From Candidatus Gottesmanbacteria bacterium (lineage in GTDB: Bacteria > Patescibacteriota > Microgenomatia > UBA10105 > UBA927), in the NCBI GenBank assembly GCA_023245355.1, contig JAHFKN010000001.1:2057-66056 (forward strand): a stretch of 64,000 nt of DNA, read 5' to 3'. Position numbers and translations under genes: made by a program. The notes beneath the pieces are model-generated. The model had not been told where the DNA came from, made no database searches, and saw only the letters and a list, made by a program, of their open reading frames with translations. Of this stretch, positions 25,666 through 38,692 are shown piece by piece; the stretch's first letter is position 1; each line of letters opens with the position of its first letter.

Positions 25666-26628
25666 ATGGATTTGGAACAGCTGATCAAAGATTTTTTGGA
25701 ATATCTGGAAATTGAGCGGAATGTTTCGCAATTAACGATTCGGAATTACCGTCACTATCTGGAGCGGTTTTTGGGCTTTCTGATAGGCTATATCCCCTCC
25801 CCTAACGTGTCCGGCGAAGCCGGATCCCGCTACGCGGGAAAAATTTCTGACGTAAACGCCGAAAGCATACGGCAATACCGCCTGTATTTATCCAGGTTTT
25901 CCGATGCCAAAGGCATGACTCTCAAGCGCGTGACCCAAAATTATCATCTGATTGCACTGAGAAGCTTTCTCAAATACATGGCTAAACGGGATATTCCCTC
26001 TGTCTCCCCTGACAAAATAGATTTGCCGAAAGCGGAAAGCAGGTCCATCAAATTTTTGGAGCATGCCGACATGGAGCGGCTCCTGAACATGCCGGAAATC
26101 AGTACGAAAGAAGGGTTGCGGGACAAAGCGATTCTGGAGGTGTTATTTTCGACAGGACTCCGGGTATCGGAACTGGTGAGTTTAAACCGCGATCAGATAA
26201 ATCTGGACCGCAGGGAATTTTCCGTAATCGGCAAAGGCAGGCGCACCCGAATCGTGTTTTTATCGGAGCGAGCCGCCGATTGGCTACGTAGGTATACCGC
26301 AACGCGGGAAGATGACTTACGCCCTATATTTATCCGCTACAGCGGGAAAACGCCTGACGAACATGACAGGACGGGAGAATCCATCAGGCTGACGGCACGG
26401 AGTGTTCAGCGCAGCGTCGAAAAGTATGTCAAAAAAGCCAAGCTGATGATAAAAATTACGCCGCACGGACTGCGGCACACGTTTGCGACTGACCTGTTGG
26501 GAAACGGCGCTGACTTGCGCGCGATTCAGGAATTACTGGGACACAAAAATGTATCCACGACGCAGATATATACCCATATTACCAATCCGCAGCTTAAGGA
26601 AATTCACGATAAGTTTCACAGCAAGTAA
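25666..26628 (+). CDS. Tyrosine recombinase, XerC/XerD family
   Basis: The R...HGLRHTFAT...LGH...TQIYTH catalytic signature (RHRY) is present. An N-terminal SAM-like domain has an approximately 25-aa insertion. Confidence 0.8.
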   Translation: MDLEQLIKDFLEYLEIERNVSQLTIRNYRHYLERFLGFLIGYIPSPNVSGEAGSRYAGKISDVNAESIRQYRLYLSRFSDAKGMTLKRVTQNYHLIALRSFLKYMAKRDIPSVSPDKIDLPKAESRSIKFLEHADMERLLNMPEISTKEGLRDKAILEVLFSTGLRVSELVSLNRDQINLDRREFSVIGKGRRTRIVFLSERAADWLRRYTATREDDLRPIFIRYSGKTPDEHDRTGESIRLTARSVQRSVEKYVKKAKLMIKITPHGLRHTFATDLLGNGADLRAIQELLGHKNVSTTQIYTHITNPQLKEIHDKFHSK

Positions 26629-26643
26629 TTATCCTGTTATCAG

Positions 26644-27639
26644 ATGAAGATTACCGTGTTGTACAACAAGCCCGCCGCGCGCTTTACGCCTCATGCAAAG
26701 AACATGGAGGCGGAAGAGGATACGGAGGAATCCGCAGAAGAAGTGGCTTCCGCACTGCGCACGAAAGGTGCTGCAGTCAGATTGATTCCGATCACCGAAG
26801 ATACGATTCCCGAAACGGTTGCGGCCCTTCCTGACGATCTTATTTTTAATCTGATCGAATGGACCGGGACGGATGCCAAGTACGCCGCGCAAACGTATGA
26901 TTTGTTAAATGCCCGGCATGCCATATATACGGGTGCTACCAAGGAAAGTTATTTCCTGTCCTGCGACAAAGTGGCTATGAAAAAGCGGCTGGATGCCGAG
27001 GGATTTCCGACGGCCCCCTGGCAGGAATTTATTACCGGCGATGAAATGATCCGCACTGACTTGCCGTTTCCCGTCATTGTGAAAGTGAGTTTAGAACATT
27101 CGAGTGTCGGTTTGTCAGCGGCCGCCATTATCAACGCTCCGGAAAAACTCCGGGCGTTTGTCAAAAAACAGATTGCCGCGTTTCATCAGCCGGTGCTGGC
27201 AGAACAATTTTTGACCGGCAGGGAGTTTCAGGTGACGTTACTGGAAACGGAACGCGGACTTACCGTGCTGCCCCCGGCCGAGGTGATCTATACCAAAGGG
27301 ACCAACGTGCCGTTTTTAACATACGAAAGCCGGTGGAATGCGGATCATCCTGATTTTCAGAATTCGACCGTCGAGTTAGCGGTATTGTCAGACCGTCTTT
27401 CCAAAGATCTCGTCTCGATGTGCCGCGGCGTATTTACGACCATGGGATACCGGGATTACGCGCGGTTTGATATCCGCTCCTTGGGAGAGAAACCGATGTT
27501 TCTGGAGGTAAATTCCAATCCGGGATTAAGCGACGATGAACAGTACGGGATGACCGTTTCTTATAAAGCCTCCGGCATGACGTTTGCGGATTTTGTCTGG
27601 GAAATCGTTCTGTCTGCCCTACGTAGGAATACGGGTTAG
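26644..27639 (+). CDS. D-alanine--D-alanine ligase family ATP-grasp enzyme
   Basis: 331 aa with a Ddl-like N-terminal domain and an ATP-grasp core. Confidence 0.7.
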   Translation: MKITVLYNKPAARFTPHAKNMEAEEDTEESAEEVASALRTKGAAVRLIPITEDTIPETVAALPDDLIFNLIEWTGTDAKYAAQTYDLLNARHAIYTGATKESYFLSCDKVAMKKRLDAEGFPTAPWQEFITGDEMIRTDLPFPVIVKVSLEHSSVGLSAAAIINAPEKLRAFVKKQIAAFHQPVLAEQFLTGREFQVTLLETERGLTVLPPAEVIYTKGTNVPFLTYESRWNADHPDFQNSTVELAVLSDRLSKDLVSMCRGVFTTMGYRDYARFDIRSLGEKPMFLEVNSNPGLSDDEQYGMTVSYKASGMTFADFVWEIVLSALRRNTG

Positions 27640-28229
27640 GGTATATACACGCGGGCCGTTTCCGTCCTGAAGTACGGTAATGATTCGGGATCCCGGGCGA
27701 TGACGAGCATAAGCTGCGGCTGCCATTTCCTGACCAGACGGAATTTACTGCTGTTCTTTTTCAGTTTTTTCCGTTTGAAATCATAATCCCACCACCGGAG
27801 TCTGAATTCGCTCCACGCATATGATTTGCGTTTACCGGTTGAACTGTCCAGAAGGACGATGCGTGATTTGCTGGAAAGGTATGATGCGACCACTGCCCAG
27901 TGTCCGGATTCCTCCTGCGGCTCGTACTTGTCATCGAGGTCGTAAAGATATGATACCAGCACGGCTCTGGGTTCTTTCGGGCGGTATTTGAGCGCGCTTT
28001 GTAAATGATGCAGCGTGGCATACTCCACGACAAGAACGGATAACCCGAGTTTATTGGCCGCATCAATCATGTGTTTTGTCGAGGTGCCGTTTCTGCCGGT
28101 TTTGCACAAATTGATAAGACGCGCCATGGAAGCACGCATTCCCAAAACGCTGAGGGCGTGTTTTAAGGATGCCGGACCGCACGTTGTGTCATCCGGCTGC
28201 ATGATTGGTTTGACGTGTGATCTTCCCAT
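27636..28229 (-). CDS. Standalone peptidase C39-like (papain-fold) cysteine peptidase
   Basis: Q..C.G in IMQPDDTTCGPASL and His in SGHWAVVAS are present. The start is set at ATG 28229 with an AAAGG SD. The track start at 28268 is a TTG. Confidence 0.6.
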   Translation of the reverse strand: MGRSHVKPIMQPDDTTCGPASLKHALSVLGMRASMARLINLCKTGRNGTSTKHMIDAANKLGLSVLVVEYATLHHLQSALKYRPKEPRAVLVSYLYDLDDKYEPQEESGHWAVVASYLSSKSRIVLLDSSTGKRKSYAWSEFRLRWWDYDFKRKKLKKNSSKFRLVRKWQPQLMLVIARDPESLPYFRTETARVYIP

Positions 28230-28342
28230 ATGAGCCTTTCGAAATGCGAGTAAGGGGCGCTGGAACAACCATTTTACCCCGTTCGGAAATGACGGGCAAG
28301 ACCTATAGTAGCAGGCTTTTTGAGGCTATTTAGCTTCAGTAG

Positions 28343-29077
28343 TTATTGAATTTCGTAGCTAAGCGTCACGCTGACGGTAAGCTCAGACGTGCCTGGCTCC
28401 ACCTGTGTCGGTGCTCCCCCGCCTGCAATCGGCACGGATTTGGCAGCATCATACATCATCGGCCGGGGCCCGGCTCCGCCGCCTTCGCTGTAGTTTATAA
28501 CGCGGCCGAGTTTAAATCCTGCAGCTTTTGCTGCTGCCTGGGCTTTTGATTTTGCGTCGTTGACTGCCTGTTCCCGGGCCTGGTTTTCTGCCTTGGTTTT
28601 ATCATCAACGTCAAAACGGACACCGCCGACTTCATTGGCTCCCTGTGCGGTTGACGCGTCAATGACAGCGTTTACCATGTCGATTTTCCTGACCTTTATC
28701 GTGAGATTGGAATCCGCCTGATATCCGGTGACCCGCTGCGTTGACGATGAATAATCATAGGTCGGCGAGATGTTGTAATAACTTGTCCTGATGTCTTTTT
28801 CATCGACGCCGAGTTTTTTGATGGCAAGGGTCACGGCATTGATTTTGGTATTTAATTCCTGCTGTACTTTGGTGACGGTCGCTCCCTGTGCGGTTACGCC
28901 TGCGGAAACGACGGCAATATCCGGCATCATGGTGACTTTTCCTTCACCGGATACGGAAAACGTGTCAGTTTTAGTCGTGGTAATGCTGTTTAAAGAAAAC
29001 GGTATGGGGCCTGCAAGTTTGGTATATGCAAACAGTAGAATGAAGAAAAGAACGACTGCTCCTGCGGAATCTTTCAT
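28343..29077 (-). CDS. SIMPL / DUF541 domain secreted protein
   Basis: 244 aa with a signal anchor and a SIMPL domain. Confidence 0.7.
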   Translation of the reverse strand: MKDSAGAVVLFFILLFAYTKLAGPIPFSLNSITTTKTDTFSVSGEGKVTMMPDIAVVSAGVTAQGATVTKVQQELNTKINAVTLAIKKLGVDEKDIRTSYYNISPTYDYSSSTQRVTGYQADSNLTIKVRKIDMVNAVIDASTAQGANEVGGVRFDVDDKTKAENQAREQAVNDAKSKAQAAAKAAGFKLGRVINYSEGGGAGPRPMMYDAAKSVPIAGGGAPTQVEPGTSELTVSVTLSYEIQ

Positions 29078-29934
29078 ATACGGCCTCCTTTACTCATCAT
29101 ACATGCTTTTATAAGGTTTTGCATAAGGCACGCGACGTTTACCGGCCCTACTCCGCCGGGCGTGGGCGTATAACAGAGTGCAACGCCGGCAATTTCATGT
29201 TCATCATAATCTCCGCGGAGTTTGCCTTCGGCATCACGCCATAGTCCGACACTTATAAGAATTGCGCCGGGTTTGACTACCGACGCCGGAACAACGCCGG
29301 CGGCTCCGACACAGGAGATGATGATATCGCTTTGCTGCATAATCGTTTTCGGGTGAACAGAAGCCGTATGAATGACAGACGTCGTACAATCCTGCTTTTC
29401 GAGGTACCGGAGGATCGGGGCTCCTGCCGTTTCTCCTCTTCCGATAACGGTGATCCGCTGATGACGGAGCCATACCGTATAATTTTTTTCAGGTGTTCCC
29501 GTCAGGGTGTACGCGTTTTGCAGTATCTCCCCTACCGCAAGAGAAACAGGCACATCAAACGGTGAATCAGGAAGGAAGCCGTCGACGTCTTTGTTTTTGG
29601 AAACAGTATTGAGAATATCAGAAACGTCTCCGAGTAGATCCGGAACCGGACGCTGGACAATGAGACCATCAACGGTTGCGTCAGCGTTATACGTTTCGAT
29701 AAGGGTTCTAAGTACGTCCCGATTGATAGTCGCCGGCTGATGGCTGAAGACGACGCGCGCACCGATTTGTTCCGCTGCTTTTTGTTTTTGCCGGATATAG
29801 GCAAGGCTTGCCGGATCATCCCCGACCAGGATAACGGCGAGCGTCGGGGTATGGCCTTTGATCTTAAGGGCTGCCACGTGTTCCGAAAGTCCCGAAAGTA
29901 AGGATTGTGCCAATAACTTGCCGTCAATGATCAT
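29074..29934 (-). CDS. folD: Bifunctional methylenetetrahydrofolate dehydrogenase/cyclohydrolase
   Basis: 286 aa from MIIDGKLLAQ. The 131-aa N-terminal extension in the track ORF overlaps the divergent SIMPL gene and is spurious. Confidence 0.9.
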   Translation of the reverse strand: MIIDGKLLAQSLLSGLSEHVAALKIKGHTPTLAVILVGDDPASLAYIRQKQKAAEQIGARVVFSHQPATINRDVLRTLIETYNADATVDGLIVQRPVPDLLGDVSDILNTVSKNKDVDGFLPDSPFDVPVSLAVGEILQNAYTLTGTPEKNYTVWLRHQRITVIGRGETAGAPILRYLEKQDCTTSVIHTASVHPKTIMQQSDIIISCVGAAGVVPASVVKPGAILISVGLWRDAEGKLRGDYDEHEIAGVALCYTPTPGGVGPVNVACLMQNLIKACMMSKGGRI

Positions 29935-30013
29935 GATACGAGTCAGTATATCAAATTCGTAATTGACAGGACGTCTCGTTTCTTCTTGAATAGTATAAGA
30001 GGAGTTATCCTGT

Positions 30014-30751
30014 ATGGAAAATAAATCCGTGAGTATGGCAATTATTCTGAGTTCGGTCATAGTGGTGTCTCTTGTGGCGCTGGGAGGGATGTTTCTCCCG
30101 TCATGGGGAAAGCTGCGGCTTCTGGCTCCCCATACCATCACGGTAGTGGGTGAAGCGAAATCACAGGAAAAGAGCCAGATTGCGATTTTTACGGCAGGAG
30201 TGAACGCGTTTAATGATGACAAAAACGCGGCTGTAAGCGACGTAAATAAAAAAGTTGAAGCGATTATCGAAGCTGTGAAGGAATTCGGCGTGACAAGTGA
30301 GGATATCAAAACGCAAAGCATGAACATTTATCAGAATCAGGATCAGTATTATGAAGACGGACGGCAGAAATACCGTCCCGGACAGTGGAATGTCGGCAAC
30401 ACGGTTGAAATTAAACTCCGTAATGTCGACCGGGCAGCGTCGCTTGCGGGGGTACTGACAAAAAGCGGAGCCACAAATGTGTACGGGCCGAACTTTACGT
30501 TTGACGATACGAGCGAGCAATCCACCGCACTTTTGGATGCCGCGTTTAAAAATGCGCAGACGAAGGCCGCAAAAGTCGCCCAAAGTACCGGACGCAAACT
30601 CGGTAAGGTCGTGAGTGTGACGGAGGCAGGCGCGATGCAGCAGCCGGTCATGTACAGGATGGAAGGCGGCGGCGGGGGCGGCGGCGGAGCGGTAGAACCG
30701 GGATCAGGCACGGTGTCAAAGACCGTAACCGTATCATTTGAACTGGACTGA
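30014..30751 (+). CDS. SIMPL / DUF541 domain protein (second paralog) with a poly-Gly stretch
   Basis: 245 aa, TM anchor, SIMPL domain, GGGGGGGG near the C-terminus. Confidence 0.7.
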   Translation: MENKSVSMAIILSSVIVVSLVALGGMFLPSWGKLRLLAPHTITVVGEAKSQEKSQIAIFTAGVNAFNDDKNAAVSDVNKKVEAIIEAVKEFGVTSEDIKTQSMNIYQNQDQYYEDGRQKYRPGQWNVGNTVEIKLRNVDRAASLAGVLTKSGATNVYGPNFTFDDTSEQSTALLDAAFKNAQTKAAKVAQSTGRKLGKVVSVTEAGAMQQPVMYRMEGGGGGGGGAVEPGSGTVSKTVTVSFELD

Positions 30752-30765
30752 GTTTTTTCCTCCGG

Positions 30766-31035
30766 TCAGATTTTGGGCTTGCCGTTTTCATCCAGTGTCA
30801 CGATGATATCGCGGGGCAGGTTGCTTTGGGTCATGAGCCCGAATAGTCCGCGTAATTCTCCGATAACCATACCCGCCATGTAGAGAGCAATCATCCGGTT
30901 ATCCGGGTCTGTCTGGAGTTCCCGAAATATCAACCGTTTTGCGAACGATTCAGTGACGGGGGCACCGCCGTTTCGTATGCCTATGCGCACTGCTGTGCGG
31001 CCGTCCCGAATACCTTTTAGAAAGCTTTCTTTCAT
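30766..31035 (-). CDS. Small hypothetical protein of 89 aa, downstream of gyrA
   Basis: The start is set at ATG MKESFLKG. The longer form in the track begins with TTG inside the gyrA 3' end. No confident family was found; there is a weak resemblance to SpoVS-like small proteins. Confidence 0.35.
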   Translation of the reverse strand: MKESFLKGIRDGRTAVRIGIRNGGAPVTESFAKRLIFRELQTDPDNRMIALYMAGMVIGELRGLFGLMTQSNLPRDIIVTLDENGKPKI

Positions 31036-31048
31036 CGCGAATCGCGCG

Positions 31049-33571
31049 TTATTTCGTAAGACACGTTGCTGCTGCAATAGTGTCGTTTTTGTCCGTAAAC
31101 CGCATGAGAATAACGCCGCTGGTAGCTCTGGACAGCTGCGGAATCGACTTCATGGGGAGTTTGACGACCTGGCCTTTGGTAGAGGTCAGTATGACTTCCT
31201 CACTCCCGTCGGGAACCATTTGTGATAATACGATTTTTCCGGTTCTGGGTTTGATTTCCGCGACTTTTACCCCCTGCCCGCCTCGTTTCTGTTTCGGAAA
31301 CCCGGTGATATTCGTTTTTTTGCCCAGGCCTTTTTCCATAAGTGTCAGGAAGTCGGCTTTTTTATTTTCGCTTCCGATAACTTCCATCGCGACAACGAAG
31401 TCTCCCGGCTTTAAGAGGATGCCCCGCACCCCCATCGTGTCCCGGCCGGTGTGCCTGACTTCGCTTTCAGCAAACCGGATGGATTTGCCCTCATGGGTAA
31501 CCAGCAATACGTCGTCATTACCGCTGGTAAGTTTTGCCCAGATGAGTTCGTCTCCGGCGTCCAGCTTGATAGATAACAAGCCGTTTCTTCTGATGTTTTC
31601 GAATTGTGACAGTTTCGTCTTTTTTACCACTCCCTTTTTCGTTGCCATGAGGATGTATTCAATTCCCTTTTCTTTCTGTTCGGCGCGTTTGAGACTGTAG
31701 GCAAGCATCGATGTCACTTTTTCCGAGCTTTCGATATTGATCAGGTTGACGACTGCCTGGCCTTTGCTCTGTCTGCTGGCTTCCGGTATGTCCCATACGC
31801 GGACCTGATAGACTTTGCCTTTTTCCGTAAAAAACAGCATATTGTCATGCGTCTGTGCGGATACGAGGCGGTCGATCGCATCTTCATCTTTGGTTGTCAT
31901 GCCGATGACACCCTTGCCCCCGCGTTCCTGAAGCTTGAACGTGGTGCGCGGTACGCGTTTGATATACCCGGTTTCGGTCATCGTGATGATCGTTTCTTCG
32001 TTGGCGATAAGCTGCTCGTCGGAGAGCTCGCCGACGCGGCTTTTATACACGCGGGTTTTCCGGTTGTCACCGTATTTTTCCTTGAGTTTCGCCAGTTCTT
32101 CTTTGATCACTTTGAGTATTTTGTCCGGGTGTGCCAGAAGATCGTTTAAGTATGCGATTGTTTCCCGGATCATAGCGAGTTCGTCTTCAATTTTCTGCCG
32201 TTCCAGGGCGGCAAGTTTCCGGAGCTGCATGTCGAGAATGGCGGTTGCCTGCAGATCGGAAAGCTTGAACCTGTCCATGAGTTTTACCTTGGCGTCATCG
32301 GCATCTTTGGCTTTTTTGATGATGGAGATGACCTCGTCGATATGGTCGACGGCAATTTTAAGTCCTTCCAGAATATGCTCGCGGGCTTTCGCTTCCTTGA
32401 GTTCGAATTCGCTTCTTCGGTAGATCACGTCATGGCGGTGTTTCAGATATTCTTCGAGAATCTCCCGCAATGTAAGTGTGCGCGGTGTGCCGTCGACTAA
32501 TGCTACGACATTGACAGGGAACGTCGTCTGGAGTTCCGTATATTTATATAAATTATTGAGCACTTTATTCGGCTGCGCATCGCGCTTGAGTTCGACGACG
32601 ACACGGATTCCCCGGCGGTCTGATTCATCCCGGAGGTCGGAAATGCCGTCGAGTTTTTTGTCTTTTACCAAGTCTGCGATTTTAGCGACCAGGTTGGCTT
32701 TATTCACCTGGTACGGGAGTTCGGTTATGCCGATCATGCTTTTGCCGTTGCCCATTTCTTCAATTTCCGCTTTGCCGCGCATGACGATTTTGCCTTTGCC
32801 TGTTGAATAGGCGTTTCTGATTTCATTGATATCGTAGATGGCTCCCGCCGTCGGGAAGTCAGGTCCCTGGACGAATTGCATGAGATCTTCGAGTGTGACG
32901 TCAAACGTCATGCCGAATCGCTTGCTTTCTCCGACGTCGTTTTGTGAGGCTTTCCCCGCCTTGTCCACGGTTGCTTTGCTTATCATGAACGTGATGGCGT
33001 CGATAAGTTCCGATAAGTTGTGCGGCGGAATTTTGGTCGCCATACCGACTGCGATACCCTCGCTTCCCATAAGCAGAAGGTTGGGTAATTTGGCCGGCAA
33101 ATACACGGGTTCCTGGATGGATCCGTCGAAATTCGGGATGAAATTTACCGTTTCCTTTTCGATATCCAGAAGCATCTCGTCGGCGATTGCATCCAGGCGG
33201 CACTCGGTATACCGCATGGCCGCTGCAGGATCACCGTCGATAGATCCGAAATTTCCCTGTCCGTCGACTAACGTATACCGCATGGAGAAATCCTGTGCCA
33301 ACCGCACTAATGCTTCGTAGACCGATGAATCTCCGTGCGGATGATATTTACCCAGCACTTCTCCGACGACACTTGCGCTTTTTTTGTATTTGGACGAATG
33401 GTGCAGTCCTGTCTGGTGCATGGCAAACAGTATCCGGCGGTGAACGGGCTTTAGACCGTCACGCACGTCAGGAAGCGCGCGGGATACGATGACACTCATT
33501 GCATAGTCCAGATAGGACTTCTGCATTTCATCGACGATTTCACTGGGTTGGATTTTTCCGATGTTCGCCAT
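31049..33571 (-). CDS. gyrA: DNA gyrase subunit A
   Basis: 840 aa. The active-site Tyr region ...AAMRYTE... and C-terminal beta-pinwheel repeats are present. Confidence 0.95.
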   Translation of the reverse strand: MANIGKIQPSEIVDEMQKSYLDYAMSVIVSRALPDVRDGLKPVHRRILFAMHQTGLHHSSKYKKSASVVGEVLGKYHPHGDSSVYEALVRLAQDFSMRYTLVDGQGNFGSIDGDPAAAMRYTECRLDAIADEMLLDIEKETVNFIPNFDGSIQEPVYLPAKLPNLLLMGSEGIAVGMATKIPPHNLSELIDAITFMISKATVDKAGKASQNDVGESKRFGMTFDVTLEDLMQFVQGPDFPTAGAIYDINEIRNAYSTGKGKIVMRGKAEIEEMGNGKSMIGITELPYQVNKANLVAKIADLVKDKKLDGISDLRDESDRRGIRVVVELKRDAQPNKVLNNLYKYTELQTTFPVNVVALVDGTPRTLTLREILEEYLKHRHDVIYRRSEFELKEAKAREHILEGLKIAVDHIDEVISIIKKAKDADDAKVKLMDRFKLSDLQATAILDMQLRKLAALERQKIEDELAMIRETIAYLNDLLAHPDKILKVIKEELAKLKEKYGDNRKTRVYKSRVGELSDEQLIANEETIITMTETGYIKRVPRTTFKLQERGGKGVIGMTTKDEDAIDRLVSAQTHDNMLFFTEKGKVYQVRVWDIPEASRQSKGQAVVNLINIESSEKVTSMLAYSLKRAEQKEKGIEYILMATKKGVVKKTKLSQFENIRRNGLLSIKLDAGDELIWAKLTSGNDDVLLVTHEGKSIRFAESEVRHTGRDTMGVRGILLKPGDFVVAMEVIGSENKKADFLTLMEKGLGKKTNITGFPKQKRGGQGVKVAEIKPRTGKIVLSQMVPDGSEEVILTSTKGQVVKLPMKSIPQLSRATSGVILMRFTDKNDTIAAATCLTK

Positions 33572-33574
33572 AGG

Positions 33575-34093
33575 TTATTTGTGGGCGATGCCGTCCATTA
33601 CTTCTTTTTGAGCGACCGCTTTGCCTTTCCATTCCTTCAGTTTGACCCATTTGCCGGGTTCCAGTTCTTTATAATGCTCGAAAAAGTGTTTAATTTTGGC
33701 CTTTACCGGTTCCGGAACGTCTCCTATATCCTTCATACTTCCGTAGAACGGATCGGATTTTTCACTCGGCACACCGATTACTTTCATATCGATGCCGGAT
33801 TCGTCTTCCATTTCCAGCATGCCGATCGGTACGACATTCACCATGACGCCCGGATGAAGCGGCTGACTGCACAGCACAATGACGTCAACGGGATCGCCGT
33901 CGCCGGATTTGGTATTCGGCACGAATCCGTAGTTTGCCGGATATCCCATTGTGGTACGCACAAACCGGTCGACCATGATAACTTCGGCTTCTTTGTCCAT
34001 TTCATACTTCACCATGCATCCTTCAGGGATTTCAATGATGACGTTGATGTCTTCCGGCGGGTTTTTTCCTGGTTTAATGGTTGATAGGTTCAT
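33575..34093 (-). CDS. ppa: Inorganic pyrophosphatase (family I)
   Basis: 172 aa with DGDPVDVIV-type motifs. Confidence 0.9.
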   Translation of the reverse strand: MNLSTIKPGKNPPEDINVIIEIPEGCMVKYEMDKEAEVIMVDRFVRTTMGYPANYGFVPNTKSGDGDPVDVIVLCSQPLHPGVMVNVVPIGMLEMEDESGIDMKVIGVPSEKSDPFYGSMKDIGDVPEPVKAKIKHFFEHYKELEPGKWVKLKEWKGKAVAQKEVMDGIAHK

Positions 34094-34118
34094 AACTATT
34101 CCTCCTTTATGAGAGAAA

Positions 34119-36068
<1,950 letters not shown>

Positions 36069-36143
36069 CTAAACCCACGCTCTGTAATTCATTGTACAGA
36101 AAGTAATAGGCCTTGTCTAGCCATATTTTCTCTCTGTCTGTCG

Positions 36144-36818
36144 TTATGGCAGTGACAGAAATGCGTGTTCCAAAAGGAGCAGCAGATTTACGTTGTTTTC
36201 CCGGTATTTTCTTGTTTCTATCAGCGCGTGCAGCAGGGAAATCCGCGCGATAGTTTCCGTGTCATCCATCAATTCCTGCGGAGCTGTAAGATCATGTTCA
36301 AGCGTTTCTATTGCTCCGTCTGCCCATGTAGCCAGATCGTCTTTCGTTTTTCCTACGGACCCGAGCAGCTGAAGACGTTTTCCGCGCGGAGCATGGATCA
36401 GTTCATTGATCGCCTGGGTTCGTATGCGGTCCTGTTCCGGATCCCGTGCTGCGGACGGATCTTTCAGGGTAATGCATATACATCTGGATACGATGGTCGG
36501 AAGCAATACTGCACTGTTGGAAACGGCGATGATCATATACGCATGCTCAGGGGGCTCCTCGAGCGTTTTTAATAACGCTTGTTGTGCTTCAGCCGTCAAT
36601 GTATCGCCGTGTAATATGATTCCCGCTACGTGCGTTCCCTGCTGAGGTGTGAGCAGCAGTTTTTTGGTAAATGCGCGGATTTCTCCGATACCGATTGAGG
36701 GCATGTCGTCAGGCATCCCGATTCTGTCAAACGGGGAAATCTTCCAGGTGTTAAGATGCTCATCTGCGCAAAGGCCTCTTGATTCTTTTGTGCCGCCGGT
36801 AATGAGGATAGTATGCAT
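36144..36818 (-). CDS. holB: DNA polymerase III delta'-like subunit, short form
   Basis: 224 aa. LLKTLEEPP and TIVSRC motifs are present. The P-loop is degenerate, as is usual for delta'. Confidence 0.6.
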   Translation of the reverse strand: MHTILITGGTKESRGLCADEHLNTWKISPFDRIGMPDDMPSIGIGEIRAFTKKLLLTPQQGTHVAGIILHGDTLTAEAQQALLKTLEEPPEHAYMIIAVSNSAVLLPTIVSRCICITLKDPSAARDPEQDRIRTQAINELIHAPRGKRLQLLGSVGKTKDDLATWADGAIETLEHDLTAPQELMDDTETIARISLLHALIETRKYRENNVNLLLLLEHAFLSLP

Positions 36819-36970
36819 GGTGAGAGGTTAATACATTATTATAATACATCCGGTTTTGGCCACGATGTGTTCCCTATTATGCCGTACTCCCCTTGCAAAG
36901 CCAAGCAGTTTCTGCGAATAATTAATCTACTGGTGTTTTATTGCCGAGGTGTCATGCCGTTATATTTCGT

Positions 36971-38686
36971 ATGCCTGCCCAAGATATTGTCACAAATTTA
37001 GTCACAGCCCACAAACTATCGGAAGAGCAAGCCGAGAAACTCCGTACGGAGGCGCTCAATTCCGGTACATCCATAGAGGATCTGCTGCAGGCAAAGCATG
37101 TCGTTTCCGCAGATGATTATTCCAGGGCAAAAGCCGAATCGTTGGGTATCCCGTTTATGACGATTGCGGGGCGTGCAATCACGCCGGACGTGGTGAATTT
37201 TATCCCCGAGCCGGTCGCACGGCGGTATACGCTGGTTCCGTTTCAGATAGAACCGGAAGAACGCGGCGCACTTTCCGTCGCCATGCTTGACCCTTTGGAT
37301 TTTCAGGTGATTGAATTTTTGGAAAAGAAATCCGGCCGTCCGATCAAGCCGTTCATGGGGGTTGCCGATGATATAAAAGCGGCCATCGATGAATTATATA
37401 CGCAGAGTCTCGGTGCGGACGTGACCGCGGCACTGGAAGAGTCGGCTCCTACTATCAAAACATACGAAGCAGGACATTTAGGTGAAGTCATCCGTGAAGC
37501 ACCGATAGCGCAGATTGTGTCTGCCGTGCTGGAACAGGCGATTAGGATCCGTGCATCCGATGTGCATATAGAACCGCAAATCGGAGAAACCCGGGTGCGG
37601 TACCGCGTCGACGGAATTTTGCAGGAACGCCTCATGCTCCCCCGGAGGCTTCAGGACGCGGTCGTGTCGCGTATAAAAATTCTTGCGGATCTAAAGATTG
37701 ATGAAAAACGTATTCCGCAGGACGGCAGGTTTAATTTCAAAATGGGAGAAAGCGAAGTCGATCTCCGTGTGTCCACGTTGCCGACGGTTCACGGGGAAAA
37801 AGTCGTCATGCGGTTACTCAAAAAATCCGGCGGGATTCCGACACTGGGAGATTTGGGACTCCGGGGACTGGCGCTGAAACATCTGGAAACCGCAATCAGG
37901 CGTCCGCACGGTATTATTCTGGTCACCGGCCCTACCGGGAGCGGTAAAACGACGACACTGTATTCCGTACTCGCAATTCTCAATAACGCCAAAGTGAATA
38001 TCATGACACTGGAGGATCCGGTTGAGTATGAGATAACCGGCGTGAATCAGGTTCAGATCAACCCGGCAGCCGGACTGACGTTTGCCACGGGACTACGGAG
38101 TTTCCTGCGGCAGGATCCCAATATTATTCTGGTCGGAGAAATCCGCGACGGTGAGACAACGGAACTGGCTATCCAGGCGGCACTTACCGGACATTTGGTG
38201 TTCTCTACCCTTCACACCAATAACGCATCAGGCGCTATACCGCGGTTAATCGATCTGGGTGCCGAGCCGTTTCTGGTGGCGTCCGCGCTTAACGCAGTTG
38301 TCGGTCAGCGTATCGCCCGGCGGCTGTGCCCTACCTGTAAGGAAGAGTACGTGCCGGATGAAGCAGTGCTTGCCGACATGAGAAAAGTCGTCGGTTCTCT
38401 GTGGCCTCAAGATAAACCCATGATGCTGTACAAAGGAAAAGGGACCGTGGCAGGAGCTGCGTGTGAAACGTGCGGAGGGAGCGGGTATGTCGGACGGCTG
38501 GGTGTGTTCGAGGTGTTCCCGGTTACCGACGCGATCAGCAAATTAACGCTGACGCGCGCGCCGATGAAGGATATAGAAAATCAGGCAATAGCAGACGGGA
38601 TGATTTCCATGAAACAGGACGGATATCTTAAGGCACTGGAAGCGGTGACAACGATCGAGGAAGTGCTGAGGGTCGCACAGGACTAA
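36971..38686 (+). CDS. pilB: Type IV pilus assembly ATPase PilB (GspE family)
   Basis: Walker A GPTGSGKTTT, Asp/His boxes and a tetracysteine motif. The start is chosen at MPAQDIV. Confidence 0.85.
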   Translation: MPAQDIVTNLVTAHKLSEEQAEKLRTEALNSGTSIEDLLQAKHVVSADDYSRAKAESLGIPFMTIAGRAITPDVVNFIPEPVARRYTLVPFQIEPEERGALSVAMLDPLDFQVIEFLEKKSGRPIKPFMGVADDIKAAIDELYTQSLGADVTAALEESAPTIKTYEAGHLGEVIREAPIAQIVSAVLEQAIRIRASDVHIEPQIGETRVRYRVDGILQERLMLPRRLQDAVVSRIKILADLKIDEKRIPQDGRFNFKMGESEVDLRVSTLPTVHGEKVVMRLLKKSGGIPTLGDLGLRGLALKHLETAIRRPHGIILVTGPTGSGKTTTLYSVLAILNNAKVNIMTLEDPVEYEITGVNQVQINPAAGLTFATGLRSFLRQDPNIILVGEIRDGETTELAIQAALTGHLVFSTLHTNNASGAIPRLIDLGAEPFLVASALNAVVGQRIARRLCPTCKEEYVPDEAVLADMRKVVGSLWPQDKPMMLYKGKGTVAGAACETCGGSGYVGRLGVFEVFPVTDAISKLTLTRAPMKDIENQAIADGMISMKQDGYLKALEAVTTIEEVLRVAQD

Positions 38687-38692
38687 CATACT

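Noticed and set aside
23600-26628. Integron (integrase plus attC cassette array)
   Set aside because: The recombinase shows only a generic XerC/D-type signature and lies 1.3 kb from the array with a gene in between. The array has no cassette ORFs. The repeats lack the attC R''/L'' core organisation.
29935-30327. Long N-terminal extensions of folD (417 aa), the M24 peptidase (450 aa) and Nif3 (337 aa) in the ORF track
   Set aside because: The extensions overlap neighbouring genes or a tRNA. They are low-complexity or Arg-rich. Conserved protein starts (MIIDGKL, MNKGFF, MKLSKLY) lie at internal ATGs. Several track starts are TTG codons shown as M.
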